A stretch of 63,959 nucleotides of DNA, counting the filler, from Lenisia limosa (Eukaryota; Protista; Breviatea), in the NCBI GenBank assembly GCA_001655205.1. It is 10 parts of 10 records of this genome, joined end to end, with 100 filler letters (N's around TTAATTAATTAA, not from the genome) between each part and the next. Parts side by side here need not be neighbours in the genome. Positions count along the whole stretch, not along the records: positions 1 to 3,530 come from LPNZ01008134.1; positions 3,631 to 12,235 come from LPNZ01008990.1; positions 12,336 to 16,119 come from LPNZ01009492.1; 7 more parts are not named here. One strand, 5' to 3'. Made by a program: the position numbers and the translations under genes. A model generated the notes under the pieces. The model worked only from the letters and a program-made list of their open reading frames with translations, did no database searches and had not been told where the DNA came from. The stretch's first letter is position 1; each line of letters begins with the position of its first letter. Positions 1-12,819 of the stretch are shown here, piece by piece.

Positions 1-135
1 TATTCTTCTTGAATACATGTATTATATATTTATCATATATAATATCATACGATATGTACGAGAAATTCAGTCTTTTTTTTGAACTGATGTGAAGCCCCAA
101 TGATATTATATTGAGTGATGGGGCTATTATAGGTA

Positions 136-230
136 GGGCTTCCCTGCGGCCCCAATAAGACTGTTTTTTTGGATTAATCCTCGATAAATATCTCTATTAT
201 ACCGGTCTTTTTCGTCCCACAGGGAAGCCC
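136..230. mobile_element. MITE family 1 (~95 bp palindromic), GGGCTTCCCT subfamily
   Basis: TA|GGGCTTCCCTG...CAGGGAAGCCC|TA. About 20 related full or partial copies in the window. Confidence 0.75.
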
Positions 231-351
231 TATATTGAGTGATGGGATATGATATTATATTGAGTGATGGGGATATTAGGAGGGTTTTTCGAGAAATTGA
301 GGGACTGCTGGCATCCTCATCTTATATCTCACCATATCTCACCCTACTCAG

Positions 352-2226
352 GCTGACTTCCTTGCCTCCATTCTGATCCTGACCGAGCTTGCCTTGGTGA
401 TGTGCGGCTGGAGTATGTACCTTGAAATGGGCTATGTTAGTCAGCAGGTGGGGGTGATGAATAATGCCAGAGGAAGACAGTGACCGGGATAAGTCTTGAC
501 CGATTTGCAATGAATACAAATATGTAGTTATATATGATTTTAGTACTGTTTTTTTTTTGGGGGGGGTATTTGCGTTACAACTAGGGCTTCACTTCGGTTC
601 GAAAAATACCTCTAATATATCGATAATTTTCGGCTTCGGCCAGATACTACCTTATTTTTTATTTCGCATTCCTATATATATTCCCTGACTGGTCTAGATT
701 ATGACCTACATTGGAATGGCTGCAGGTATCACTGCAGTAGTCATGACCCTTATCACCTCAAAACGCGAACATTCGTCTCGTGTTATACCTCATGTATGGT
801 TCTTTTAAAGTCTCTGTTGAAATTATGATCATAAAGATAAAGTCTCGTTGAAACTAGGCTCATAAAGATAAAGAGGATCATGAAGATCTGGCCACAGAAA
901 CGACTTTTACGCATACTGCGGAAATGGGTCAATAAAATACTTCAGAAATGGGACTTTTTCACCTCTTTAGGACCTGATGCTACAGGAATATGATGATGAA
1001 GATGAAGAGGCTAATTACGGCTACGGACAAGGTGACATACAGCCCCCCCAGGTACTTGAGATATTGCTTTGTTAAACTTGACTTTGAGAGGATAGTCATA
1101 ATTAAAAAAAATTAGAATTTGTGCCCATGAAAAATACCGCAATTTTGAATTTTTTGGATCACTATCAAAAAGGTAATCATGTTCCATTGGTATCCGTAAA
1201 GACGGTATAGTGTAATGGTCAGCACTCAGGGTTTTGATTCCTGCAATCCGGGTTCGATCCCCGGTACTGTCTCTCTTTTTTTCTTTTTTTCTTTTTTTCT
1301 TTTTTTCTTTTTTTTTCTCTTTGTCCTTTTTCTTCCCTTTTATTTTCCATCAAAATCTTGTCTACATTTTACGATGGAGTGATGGGATACTGTGCTGCTG
1401 AAGCGACTGGCCTAGGCTTTGTTTGTTTTGTCAGCGAGCAGTGTTGATTTTGGTCCTTTTATTTTCCTCATAATTTCCCAATTTTACTCCCCTCACCCAG
1501 GATCCCTATGCCTCCAATCATCATTCTGATGCCTCACGCTCGGACTCGGAGTACTCCGACAGGTCGGACCGGTCGGACTCACCAAGGTCACAGCGGTCAC
1601 GGTCAGGGTATGGAGGGGGGGCTATAATGATGTATATACTGCATGTATATACAATTGTGTTTATACAGTCAGGGTATGGGGGGCTATTATTTATATATAA
1701 TATCATAATATGTAGTCAGTGTATGGGCTTCCCCCCCTTCGATCCAAAAAAGATTGAATTTCTCGATAAATATCGATATTTTGACAAAAAAAACATATGA
1801 CGTATTCTTAACTTTCATTTGCTTTGTGCTCCATACATTACATCACTAACATTACAGGTCTCCTTCGAAATCAAGGTCGCCCCCAAGGTTTGTGGGTAAG
1901 GCTTCACTTCGGTTCGGGAAAATATCGATAGTTTTCGAGGATTTATTGAGAAATTCAGTCTTTTTTTCGAACCGACGTGGAGCCCTATTTGTGGATTTGT
2001 CTCTTCGAAGAATCTATATCTATATGCCAACACGCCATGTTTTTCTAGTTACTCTCACTGCTGATTAGTATAAAAACAATATCTACTATTATATGACTGG
2101 AATGTAAAAACTAATGTAAATATAATGAAAACTCTCAGGTCGCCACGCTCTAGATCGAGATCTCTGGAATCCGGCTACAGCGTGTCGGAATCGGAACAGT
2201 CAGTGTCTTCTGACGGATCCCGATAG
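352..2226 (+). CDS. 3' part of a hypothetical membrane protein with an acidic, then Ser/Arg-rich, tail (5' end outside window)
   Basis: Six phase-compatible GT-AG exons (352-447, 698-793, 971-1051, 1501-1607, 1858-1887, 2139-2226). They give ADFLASILILTELALVMCGW...IMTYIGMAAGITAVVMTLIT...EYDDEDEE...SPRSRSRSLESG...DGSR*, with two hydrophobic segments. Confidence 0.7.
1201..1272 (+). tRNA. tRNA-Gln (anticodon TTG)
   Basis: Full cloverleaf: acceptor GACGGTA/TACTGTC, D arm GTGT..GCAC, anticodon stem CAGGG/TCCTG with loop TT-TTG-AT, T arm CCGGG-TTCGATC-CCCGG. Followed by T runs (Pol III terminator). Confidence 0.95.
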
Positions 2227-2299
2227 CTCAGTTCAGTTCTTTTCTTGTTATGTGGTTTTGATACAGCTTTTTGTCCAGTTTTACGTATTATCCACACTT

Positions 2300-2430
2300 C
2301 ACTATGGCGCATTGACTTGGGATTCCAACGTGTATTTCGGAATCCCATAAATTTCTTCGGATTTGCATATAATTACAGGATTCACATGTAAATAATCGGA
2401 ACCCCCTTTTCATAAGAATCCCAAGTCAAA
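2300..2430. mobile_element. MITE family 4 (CACTA-start TIR), degenerate copy
   Basis: CACTATGGCGCATTGACTTGGGATTC...GAATCCCAAGTCAA; similar to 59728-59859. Confidence 0.5.
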
Positions 2431-2611
2431 TAGATAGGGTTCCAGAACTTGTCCTAAAAATATATATACATAAATATATTATATATATATATTATAATTT
2501 GCTATAATACTCTTATCAAATGGAGAGAATAAAACAAGGTTGTATCGAAGTCGTCCACACGATCACGATTATAAGAGATATTGGAGTATAGTATCATATT
2601 ATTTTGTCTTA

Positions 2612-2925
2612 CAGCTCTGCGTACACAGCTTTCTGCCATCATAATCCGCACTTGGGTAAAACAGGAAACAAAATACATGGAAACTACGTTCAACATAACA
2701 TCAAGAAACAGGTGATAAATATGAAATGTGGCTTAATATGAGGGGAAGAACATGAGGCTAATAATATGAGAGAGAAGGTGGAATGAAATATGAGGTTAAT
2801 ATGAAGCAAATAGTACTAAGAGAGGGGAATGAGGGGGTGTAAAGCAGACGCTGGGTATCGAATTGAGGGTCTTGGGAAGGGCTGAAGTTCAGGAAGGTGG
2901 TCGATGTCATCGTTTTCTTGTCGGC
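2612..2925 (-). CDS. fragment of a hypothetical protein (two putative exons)
   Basis: Poly-C-AG acceptor at ~2926; spliced reading DKKTMTSTTFLNFSPSQDPQFDTQLRIMMAESCVRRA. No family recognised. Confidence 0.3.
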
Positions 2926-3469
2926 TGGGGGGGGGGGGGGNNNNNNNNNNNNNNNNNNNNNNNNNNNNNNNNNNNNNNNNNNNNNNNNNNNNNNNNNNNN
3001 NNNNNNNNNNNNNNNNNNNNNNNNNNNNNNNNNNNNNNNNNNNNNNNNNNNAATCTGAAACTCCAAACAAAAAACAAAAAACAAGCAATAACAAACATGA
3101 GCAACCAACGCTAAATCTTGACAAAAGCCAGATGACAAAAGCATAAAAACAAAAACAAGCCTGAGCCAGCCTTTGAAGAGTCTCACCACCGCTCGATCAC
3201 CCAAACGTACAAGGTGTTAAAAAGTAAGGGAAATGTGAAAACAATCCGACTTATAAACGGTCACAACCCAATCATAACGCTTAGAGCCGTCCCAAGCATA
3301 CGACCCGCGAGGGGATCAAAGCTGGATGGACAACCAGACTGCAGAAAAAAATCTCTACAGGTACGAACAATATAGTATCAAGCAAACTGTGACTATTCTA
3401 AACCAGAATGATACTGAGCAAAAAAAGTAGTAATGGTACAAAAAAAGGGTTGGCTGGGCAAACACAAAG

Positions 3470-3530
3470 CACAAAACAAAACAAAACAAAACAAAACAAA
3501 ACAAAACAAAACAAAACAAAACAAAACAAA
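3470..3530. repeat. (CAAAA)n microsatellite at scaffold end
   Basis: About 12 tandem CAAAA units. Confidence 0.9.
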
Positions 3531-3574
3531 NNNNNNNNNNNNNNNNNNNNNNNNNNNNNNNNNNNNNNNNNNNN

Positions 3575-3586
3575 TTAATTAATTAA
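3575..3586. other. artificial scaffold spacer TTAATTAATTAA (stops in all six frames)
   Basis: Same 12-mer centred in 44+44 N here and at 12280, 16164, 20558, 42336, 45170, 47916, 60365 and 62772. Confidence 0.97.
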
Positions 3587-3650
3587 NNNNNNNNNNNNNN
3601 NNNNNNNNNNNNNNNNNNNNNNNNNNNNNNTACCCCCCCCCCCCACAAAC

Positions 3651-4158
3651 CTGGTGGTTTCACCACTGGCATCGGTTAGGGACTCAGCATCAGTTTGGAT
3701 TGCAATCTAATAATGTCAACCAATTCGGGCTGAAAACTGGGGAAGAAACACAAGCGATTCTGATCGACTCTATAATTAAGGCAAGTCACAATAAATAAAA
3801 GGAAGCTGAAGAAGAGTAAAGTTCTTGTGAGCAGCCAAGAGTGTCGGTGTTGGAAGCTGATAACATGCCCATGTGTTGGAAGCCTCATGGACCCACTCAC
3901 GAGGAACTGGTACAAAGCCATCCTACAGGGGTGAGAAGAAAAACAAAAAAGGCTCTTGGGGGGGAGGGGGGTTAAAGCACATTTCGTAATATCCGTCTGT
4001 AAAATGCTCAATAATGTATTTTTAGCGTAATAATTAAGGCAGCCAGCCTACGAGGCATCGATCGCGACCTTCCTGCCAAAGTAGTTCTTGAGCTCGTCTT
4101 CTTTGATGCATCCCGGCGCATTTTCACGAAGGAGTTTTGTCAAATTCTTGATTCCCAT
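3651..4158 (-). CDS. FEN1: flap endonuclease 1, 5' exons (cut by scaffold end)
   Basis: Spliced [62 protein letters not shown] matches the XPG-N motif of FEN1. Confidence 0.92.
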
Positions 4159-4403
4159 CTTGAATAGTGCAAAAGGGGCCCTTGAAATAAAAAAGCGCCA
4201 AAAAGAGAACTATATAAACACCAGTCCAAGTTGGTCCCCGTTATTTGCTTTTTTTGTCTATTTTGCATTTGCAGCCTTTTTGTGCCCAGATTGTGCCCAA
4301 TCACCCAATCATCTTTCAAAAGAAGTGTTTTGTGTGTAAAGCTTGGGAAAATTGGAAAATTAAAGGGTACAAAGATTCACCCCAAGGGCTTCAGACCTTC
4401 ATC

Positions 4404-7400
4404 ATGCAAAGAGGTCTTCTGTTCTTCCTCATCGCCTGTCTCTTTCAGTTATGTTTCTCAACGGAAAGCATCAGGTTTGATGGGCTGATATTAGATAAAA
4501 GCATTAGGTTTGATCCTCTGCAAACAACATATCGATATGTATATACACCGCTTATATTATATTTTATTGGGAATACTGTTGAATTACACTATTGAGAGAT
4601 TTATTTCAATTCATCCTAAAAAAAATAGTATTCAAATCGACTAAAAATCCTAAGCAAATGATACTCTTAAAAAATGCAGGGTGGGCCTGATTGGTTAACC
4701 GGTATTGTGATGACTGTGTAGCATCAGCAGCAGCAATCTTGTCACTTTAGATGTTCGGAAGCCGGCTCGGGACACGGAACCAGCGCAATGGGTGGGAGAG
4801 GGGGGCTGTAACACCAATGGTTTGGTAAAGATCTGGAGGAGGTCGTGTGGTTCAGTACCCAAAGATATTGATAGATAGTGCTTCCACCTCTTGTATTGGA
4901 GGTTGCGAAAAAGATGTATAGATGAAAAGGAGTTTGGATGATTCTCTCATTATTACTGACTTATTGTGCTCTGATGTTCCAGGCTGATGTGAAGAAAAGT
5001 GAGCGTGATGGTCGTCAAGATGCCTCGGCATTNNNNNNNNNNNNNNNNNNNNNNNNNNNNNNNNNNNNNNNNNNNNNNNNNNNNNTCTTTGACATAACTA
5101 ATTGAACTTATCACTCATCAATCCGGTAAAAAGATCCTATTAACCCCCAAGATATCTGCCAAGTAACCCCAGTGCTCCCCATGGGCCTTCGTATGGAGTG
5201 TGCTGGTGATGAATCGAGTAAAACTTGCGGAGTCACATGCAGACGGTCACTGATGGTGGGTGCGGAGTCACAGCATGCGGTTTATATTCCAACAATACAC
5301 AAATAACGAAAATATTAGGGCTCCGTACAATCAATTGCCTGACCTTCACAATAATTGGCATTTAATTGAAAGTTATCGCGCAAACAATTGCTTCGAATAA
5401 ATACAATTGCCAATTATGGCAATTAATTGCAAGGTGTCCTTCAAAATATGTACTTACTATCAAATAATATGTAATAATATGATATTATATCTGTGTGTAT
5501 TATTATGCAGCTATCGAAAATTTCACATATTTTGGAAGGTGAATTCATATATCATCATACTAAACATAGTTCTCTTTTTACCCCCTCCCTCCTCCAGCTG
5601 ACTGGCCCCTCACAAGTGACGTGTACACCGGAGTTGGGGTGGTCTGCATTGCCGTCGTGTGTGGCAACAAATACCTTCGGTTTGCTAGCCTATTCGTACT
5701 ATTTTCCTTTGACCACTCTTTTACGTATTTGTTGCTTGACAATCAACAAGAGATAATGCATTTTCATACTATAAACAATGATATGATATATTGTGATATT
5801 CAACAAATATCCCTCTTATTCTCCCAGAAATGCATGGATGTGGCGCAGGGACAAATAAGCTCTACTTTGATCTTGGACTACCCACCAATGTAGGATGGCT
5901 GTTTTCTAAAATGAATATTCCACTCATGGATAACATACAGTATGTTTTAGGAATGTAGTACATAATTAGAGATTTGAATATTTCCTCCGTACTACTATTA
6001 TCGTGATCTNNNNNNNNNNNNNNNNNNNNNNNNNNNNNNNNNNNNNNNNNNNNNNNNNNNNNNNNNNNNNNNNNNNNNNNNNNNNNNNNNNNNNNNNNNN
6101 NNNNNNNNNNNNNNNNNNNNNNNNNNNNNNNNNNNNNNNNNNNNNNNNNNNNNNNNNTTTTGACGGGTGGGTGAATCTTTGCGATTCTGTTTTTTGTGGT
6201 GAGGGACATTTTTGAAACCCAATAATGTCTTACTGGATACCATCAACAGAGCTATCCGAAGTAATTCACATTCACTGGTGTAGATGATGCTATTTATGTC
6301 TCGGGCTGTGCCAACACCATGGATGACTGCAATACCTTTGTAGGGGCTTCTCAAATCATGGGAAAGGAAATAGCGATTTAGCATCATAGCAAACTATCAT
6401 ATGAGATGCCTAGCTAGACACAAGATGTCCTACTATGACTACCACTACTGACTTTTGTTGTTGTCTCCAATGCTGTTTTGTAAAAACACAAGCCTCATCT
6501 TACAAAATGTACTTGGGATAGCTTTTTTTCAAGCTTCTAACCCCCCCCTCCTAGGGAGTCTTANNNNNNNNNNNNNNNNNNNNNNNNNNNNNNNNNNNNN
6601 NNNNNNNNNNNNNNNNNNNNNNNNNNNNNNNNNNNNNNNNNNNNNNNNNNNNNNNNNNNNNNNNNNNNNNNNNNNNNNNNNNNNNNNNNNNNNNNNNNNN
6701 NNNNNNNNNNNNNNNNNNNNNNNNNTATGTTGGAGGAGCCTTATATTCTTTTTATTGAGAGCTTTCTAATGAGAGTTTCCAAAATAAAACGTTATTGTGT
6801 AGCTTCTGGAGATGTGTACGCGATTGGAACAAATTCACACTACACCTTCCACACTGCCGGGCCCGATGCATTCACTAAACTGGTTGGGGAGGGGGGGGGG
6901 GGGCTTCAGCCCTACNNNNNNNNNNNNNNNNNNNNNNNNNNNNNNNNNNNNNNNNNNNNNNNNNNNNNNNNNNNNNNNNNNNNNNNNNNNNNNNNNNNNN
7001 NNNNNNNNNNNNNNNNNNNNNNNNNNNNNNNNNNNNNNNNNNNNNNNNNNNNNNNNNNNNNNNTTTTTTCTGAAGGGATTTTAGTCTTTTGTAAGTGAAT
7101 ATTGGTGATACCCTACACTCAAGAAAGAGACTCATAGCATGACACTTTAGGAAATTGGAGGGGCTGCAGCTGGAATTGCAATGGCAGGTCACACATCAAT
7201 GATCTTTTTGGGTAGGTTGGAAGTTTTTTGTCTTTCTCGAATGTTAGAATAGTATATTATTCCATAGTACCGTTCAGAGACTAAGTATCACAACCCTTTC
7301 AGCCAATGGCCAAACCCTCTACTCAGGCTACTACCCCACAATTCCCTTCTACCCTGAAGCTAGAACTGTGGTCTATTCTGAAGTCACGGCTGGTGGTGGG

Positions 7401-9150
7401 TGGCGTCTGAATCTGTGTAATAATAATATCATACATGATAGTATACCATATCTCATCTCATATGATATGATGTATGATATGGATATTCTTTTTCCTTTTC
7501 TCATTATTATATTATATTATATTTTACATAAAATGTTTAAACACATATGATATGCCTCCTTTTGACTTTATATGACGCTATCCAAAATGACAACACTTAC
7601 TTCGTCCTTGACTATTTCTCATCACCATTCAGGGCAAATTCGCCCACAAGTGGCTGGCGGCATGGCATACCACATGCTTTTTAAGACCTGTGGGGGGGGG
7701 GGGCACTGAATTGTAAAAAAGAACAATTCAATACCAATAGTTCAGCAATTTATATCTCACATTATAGCTGTTGGGTGGCTGTGTAGAGGCCTGTCAAGTG
7801 CTGGCCAGTGCTTCGCTGACACAACTAATACTTTTGAAGTTCGTGGAGTGTTCATTTCCCCCAGTTCCCTATGCTCGTTTTTCTGTACCCTTTTCCAGAC
7901 AAACTAAGGGGTTTATTCCAGTTCATTATTGAATTATGTTCCATTTCAGCGCTATCACTTTCACGACAGATTGTCTTGTTTTGCTTTTCCATGTGTATGA
8001 GTGTGATGTTACACTTATTCCAATTTTCACGCTATTCCCCAGAACTTCGCGTCTCCCTTGTTCCTCAATGGCCACCGCAGCCCTGAAATCACGGATATTT
8101 TCGCCAGTGTAGCGCGATCCGTTGCCTTGAGCGGTGAATGGGGGTGAGAAACTGTCAAGGATATCAGTGTGGTTATTACGGAATCCATTTGGGCTACAAG
8201 ATAACTGGTAAGAGGACCGAAGGTGCTAGGAGTTGTCGATCCATATTGAACATATTCAACTTTTCATATTGACTTCAGCTGACGGACGAGTTTTCGAAAG
8301 CTCTTCATCGTACCCATTCTATGTTGAACGAACCGCAATGCTCTCCTCTCTTGGATGCCAGAAGTAGGTACTTGATTTGATTGTGCCTGATTTCTCCGGT
8401 CCTTTTTAGTAAGTAAATAAATGCAGCAGTCAAGCCTAGAACTGACCCCTCAGGATTACAGGGGGAGGAGGAGCACATGATGCCATCGCTCTTTGGGGCA
8501 GTATGNNNNNNNNNNNNNNNNNNNNNNNNNNNNNNNNNNNNNNNNNNNNNNNNNNNNNNNNNNNNNNNNNNNNNNNNNNNNNNNNNNNNNNNNNNNNNNN
8601 NNNNNNNNNNNNNNNNNNNNNNNNNNNNNNNNNNAAAAAATCAATTTCTATGTTGCAAACTTTCTTCATTTCCAATGCATTTTACCAATACCATCGTATC
8701 ACATTCTGTTTACGATGCAGTGTGCACCCACAACAAGGCCATTCTCATTGGGAGTAACCAGTTCCAGTGCAAAACGTCACCGTCGACGGACGTGTGGTAT
8801 ACAGTAGGCGGTTCATGACAAGAACATGATGATAGCATTGTTTTATTTAATACCTTGACAAATATGTCCTAATACTCTGGTAAGTCGTTCACAATTGGAT
8901 ATTAACATACCACTGTGACAGCAACCATGTGAAAAGTGCTTCCTATATCCACTTGTTCACCTGTTCACCGCATTACAGTCTCCGGAGTTCCCTACAAAGC
9001 CCACGAATATTCAAATGACGTCACACTCCATCATTTCGGTATCCGATGTGTTTGCTGCTTAGAACTTGTCGTTATAAAGAGAATAGATATTATTTCTGTA
9101 TTAGCAAACCACGAGCTTCGCTTCATTCCGAGGAGTAAAAAGTTGTTATA
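4404..9150 (+). CDS. signal-peptide protein with RCC1/BLIP-II-like beta-propeller repeats (3' end uncertain)
   Basis: MQRGLLFFLIACLFQLCFS signal. Exons encode SGDVYAIGTNSHY, GQIRPQVAGGMAYHMLFKT, CRGLSSAGQC, ITGGGGAHDAIALWG and IGSNQFQC, resembling RCC1 half-repeats. Several exons are hidden in N gaps. Confidence 0.55.
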
Positions 9151-9315
9151 TCTCTTAGTAAAGGGATTTCAAGACCACTAAATGCCTTATTCAGATCTCA
9201 CATTCATAGATATATTACTGGAGTNNNNNNNNNNNNNNNNNNNNNNNNNNNNNNNNNNNNNNNNNNNNNNNNNNNNNNNNNNNNNNNNNNNNNNNNNNNN
9301 NNNNNNNCCAATCAG

Positions 9316-12235
9316 AGACTTCTTGTTAAAAACGCAGCGCAAGTTGTTGCGATTACCAAGAATGGTGAGTCATGCCTCACCGGTGTTGCTATGGATAAGG
9401 TGGGCAGTGGGCTGCTAGCTCTTAAATGGTCGTTCGTTGGATATAATAATACTATTTAGCCTGTTATCTTCGAGAATGGCTTCCTTGCAGTCGGTTTAGA
9501 TGGAAAGATCTCTGCTGTTGGTCCTATGGTGAGCCTTCTTGGTGTCTCGTTTGCTTTGATTTAGATATAAAGCTTGTTTATATGAAAGATGCGCCATAAT
9601 ACCTCTCCCCTCCCTCCTGCGCTCCTTTCTATTGACAAATCTCTACCCCAAATAAGCATAAAGGCAATGTTAGTCAATAGCACACCCATGCAGTTGGCCA
9701 TTAATTCTGTTTTGTTTTTTTGTACAAAGCAAGTATGATTCCCCTGTGTGTGTGTTGACAGCATTTTCCATGAGATGACACATCATATCCAATCGTATGA
9801 TAATTCACTGACAAGTTNNNNNNNNNNNNNNNNNNNNNNNNNNNNNNNNNNNNNNNNNNNNNNNNNNNNNNNNNNNNNNNNNNNNNNNNNNNNNNNNNNN
9901 NNNNNNNNNNNNNNNNNNNNNNNNNNNNNNNNNNNNNNNNNNNNNNNNNNNNNNNNNNNNNNNNNNNNNNNNNNNNNNNNNNNNNNNNNNNNNNNNNNNN
10001 NNNNNNNNNNNNNNNNGAAAGTCTATTATCCCGGGTATGCTGGAGTGTAAGTTGTATAGTCCCGAACACTATCCCAACCACATGGTGTCTATTCGCTGAA
10101 CCTTTTGAGAACAAATAAACACATTCTGTTCAGACCATTGCTAAACACCAGTGACAATTTATCCTTCTCCTCCCAAATTCCAGGGCTTGTTGACGGGCAT
10201 ACCCACCCGGTGTTTGCTGGTGACCGTGTTCATGAGTTTGCAATGAAACTTGCTGTGGGGGGGGGGGGTANNNNNNNNNNNNNNNNNNNNNNNNNNNNNN
10301 NNNNNNNNNNNNNNNNNNNNNNNNNNNNNNNNNNNNNNNNNNNGTCTATTCCGTGTTCCGTATTGTGTCACCCCCAGGGAGCCACCTACATCGACATCCA
10401 CAAGGCCGGCGGCGGGATCGGATTCACTGTTCGCCACACTCGCGAGGCTGCTGAGGCTGACTTGGTGCCCCTGGTTAAGGTGGGTATATGGTAACAACAA
10501 AGAAATAAGAAACAATCACTTAACTTCTCTTCTCTGGAATGTTGAACTGCGTATTTGGCTCGAGAAGAGGACAGACTTTCCACCAGTGAAGAGAGGCCTC
10601 ACTATTTAGGCCCGTTTTGACAGGGCACTCAAGCTTGGTACCACGCTTATTGAGGCCAAAAGCGGCTATGGGCTCGAGACCGACACGGAACTCAAAATGC
10701 TCAGAGTGGGTGTGGGGGTTTTCAATTGTGGTAAAGTAACTTTACTACATACCTTTGCATATCTTTACATAATAGTGGAGGCAATAAAGACATTATGTTT
10801 CTTTTCATACATTCTCACCTCACCCAATTGTTATCAGTAGACTGGGCTTTGTTTTCTTTTTTTCAAATTTGTTATCAATATAAGCCATAGTTTATCTTAA
10901 CTGTTGTCTCACCCCTCCTCCCCCCAGGTGATCAACACAGTGACCAAGGATCATGAGATTGAGTCAGTGCAAACGTTCCTTGGAGCCCACTCCGTTCCCA
11001 AGGGCAAAACCGCTGATGAAGTGGGAAGGGGGGGGGGGGNNNNNNNNNNNNNNNNNNNNNNNNNNNNNNNNNNNNNNNNNNNNNNNNNNNNNNNNNNNNN
11101 NNNNGACACTCATACCCGATTTAGGCAACTCAAGACGTTATCCACAACCAACTCCCCGCTCTGAAGGTGAGATAATGGAGTTGTACTTGTGCATTGTGTA
11201 TGTTATAGTAAGTATTCTAATACTGGAGTATATTCTTACCATATTAGGAAGCTATTGCGGCTGGTGAAATCAACGCCACTCAGTGTGACGTGTTTTGCGA
11301 AAAGGGCGTTTTCACTGTCGACCAGACCAGAGAAATCCTCAAGAAGGGCATGGAAATGGGTAGGCACTTCTTATAAAACCTTGCCAGGGCAGTTGTTCAT
11401 GTTTTACCACATTATTTGTTCAGTAAGAATTTTAGCTTTGTTTTATTCACCCCCACCCCCCAGGTCTTGCAGCCAACTTCCACGGAGATGAGCTGACATA
11501 CACCAGGTCGGGCGAACTGGCTGGAGAGCTCAAGGCCCGTGCCGTGTCCCATTGCGAAATGGTGTGGGGGAGGGGCATTTGTATGATTCGTGGACGTGGT
11601 GTGGGGAAAATCAATGGTTGATGTAAGTCAATAGTGTTGATCCCTTGTCATTCCCATCTGACCTGACGAGTCTTGATCATGTCCTTTTACCCCTGGAGTG
11701 ATGGGATGCGGAGTTTGTTTGTTTTGTTGTTTTCAACCCTTGTGTGTTGCTAAACAGAGTTGGGACTTTGTTTTTCGTTTCCATTTTCCTATCCCCCCCC
11801 CCCAGGTGTCCGCTGAGGGAATGTCAGCCATGNNNNNNNNNNNNNNNNNNNNNNNNNNNNNNNNNNNNNNNNNNNNNNNNNNNNNNNNNNNNNNNNNNNN
11901 NNNNNNNNNNNNNNNNNNNNNNNATCCTGAGGATCGAGTACCCCCCTGCCCGCAAGCTCATTGAGGCCAGTATGATGGGGTCGGTTCTGTCTTGTTATTA
12001 TTGGGATTTTTTGTGAAAGATTGCGGGATATAGTTGATGCAGAAGCGACAAGCGTGGCCCAGTTTTTCTTTGTTTTCAAACCCTTGTGTATATGTGTATG
12101 TAGGATTCCGATAGCTTTGCTAACAGAGTTGTTCCTTTAACCAATACTCTTCATCGAAATTTCCTTCGTTTTACACCCCCCCCCCTGCAGACGTTCCTGT
12201 TGCCATTGCCACCGACTTCAACCCCAACGCCCACT
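9316..12235 (+). CDS. hutI: imidazolonepropionase (HutI/AMDHD1), both ends incomplete
   Basis: [11 protein letters not shown]; [24 protein letters not shown]; [17 protein letters not shown]; [13 protein letters not shown]; TFLGAHSVP; DVFCEKGVF; FHGDEL; [12 protein letters not shown]. Confidence 0.95.
11691..11805 (+). repeat. intronic repeat family 3 copy ending at the 3' splice site
   Basis: CTGGAGTGATGGGATGCGG...TCAACCCTTGTGTG...ACAGAGTTG...TATCCCCCCCCCCCAG. Related sequence at 1372-1500, 12030-12190, 36641-36800, 42615-42747, 45258-45555, 59045-59195 and others. Confidence 0.8.
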
Positions 12236-12819
12236 NNNNNNNNNNNNNNNNNNNNNNNNNNNNNNNNNNNNNNNNNNNNTTAATTAATTAANNNNNNNNN
12301 NNNNNNNNNNNNNNNNNNNNNNNNNNNNNNNNNNNCACAAGGGTTGATAACAACAAAACAAATAAAGCCCATGCCATTCGCTTCTGCAGCACCGCATCCC
12401 ATCACTCCAGCGTACAAATAGGAAATTTATGAAACAAAAAAGCCTTAATCAACTCTGTTGGCTGGAGGGAGGGGGAATGGGGGGAGTAAAACGAAGGAGA
12501 AGAAAATTGGCGTAAGAAGAAAAAAAAAAAANNNNNNNNNNNNNNNNNNNNNNNNNNNNNNNNNNNNNNNNNNNNNNNNNNNNNNNNNNNNNNNNNNNNN
12601 NNNNNNNNNNNNNNNNNNNNNNNNNNNNNNNNNNNNNNNNNNNNNNNNNNNNGGGGTATCTGAGCCAACACTGGTCTGTGGGGTGCAGATTTGCGTTAAA
12701 TAGTATCTCAGGAAGCAATCAAACACATGAATACCATAGTGACCCAGATGCACCTGCGAAATCAATCGATATTTTGTCGGTATTTTTCGAACCGAAGTGA
12801 AGCCTTAGGTGCAACATAG

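Noticed and set aside
1201-1272. tRNA-Gln as a sign of TAA/TAG reassignment
   Set aside because: The anticodon is the standard TTG, and reconstructed genes end in TAA, TAG and TGA.
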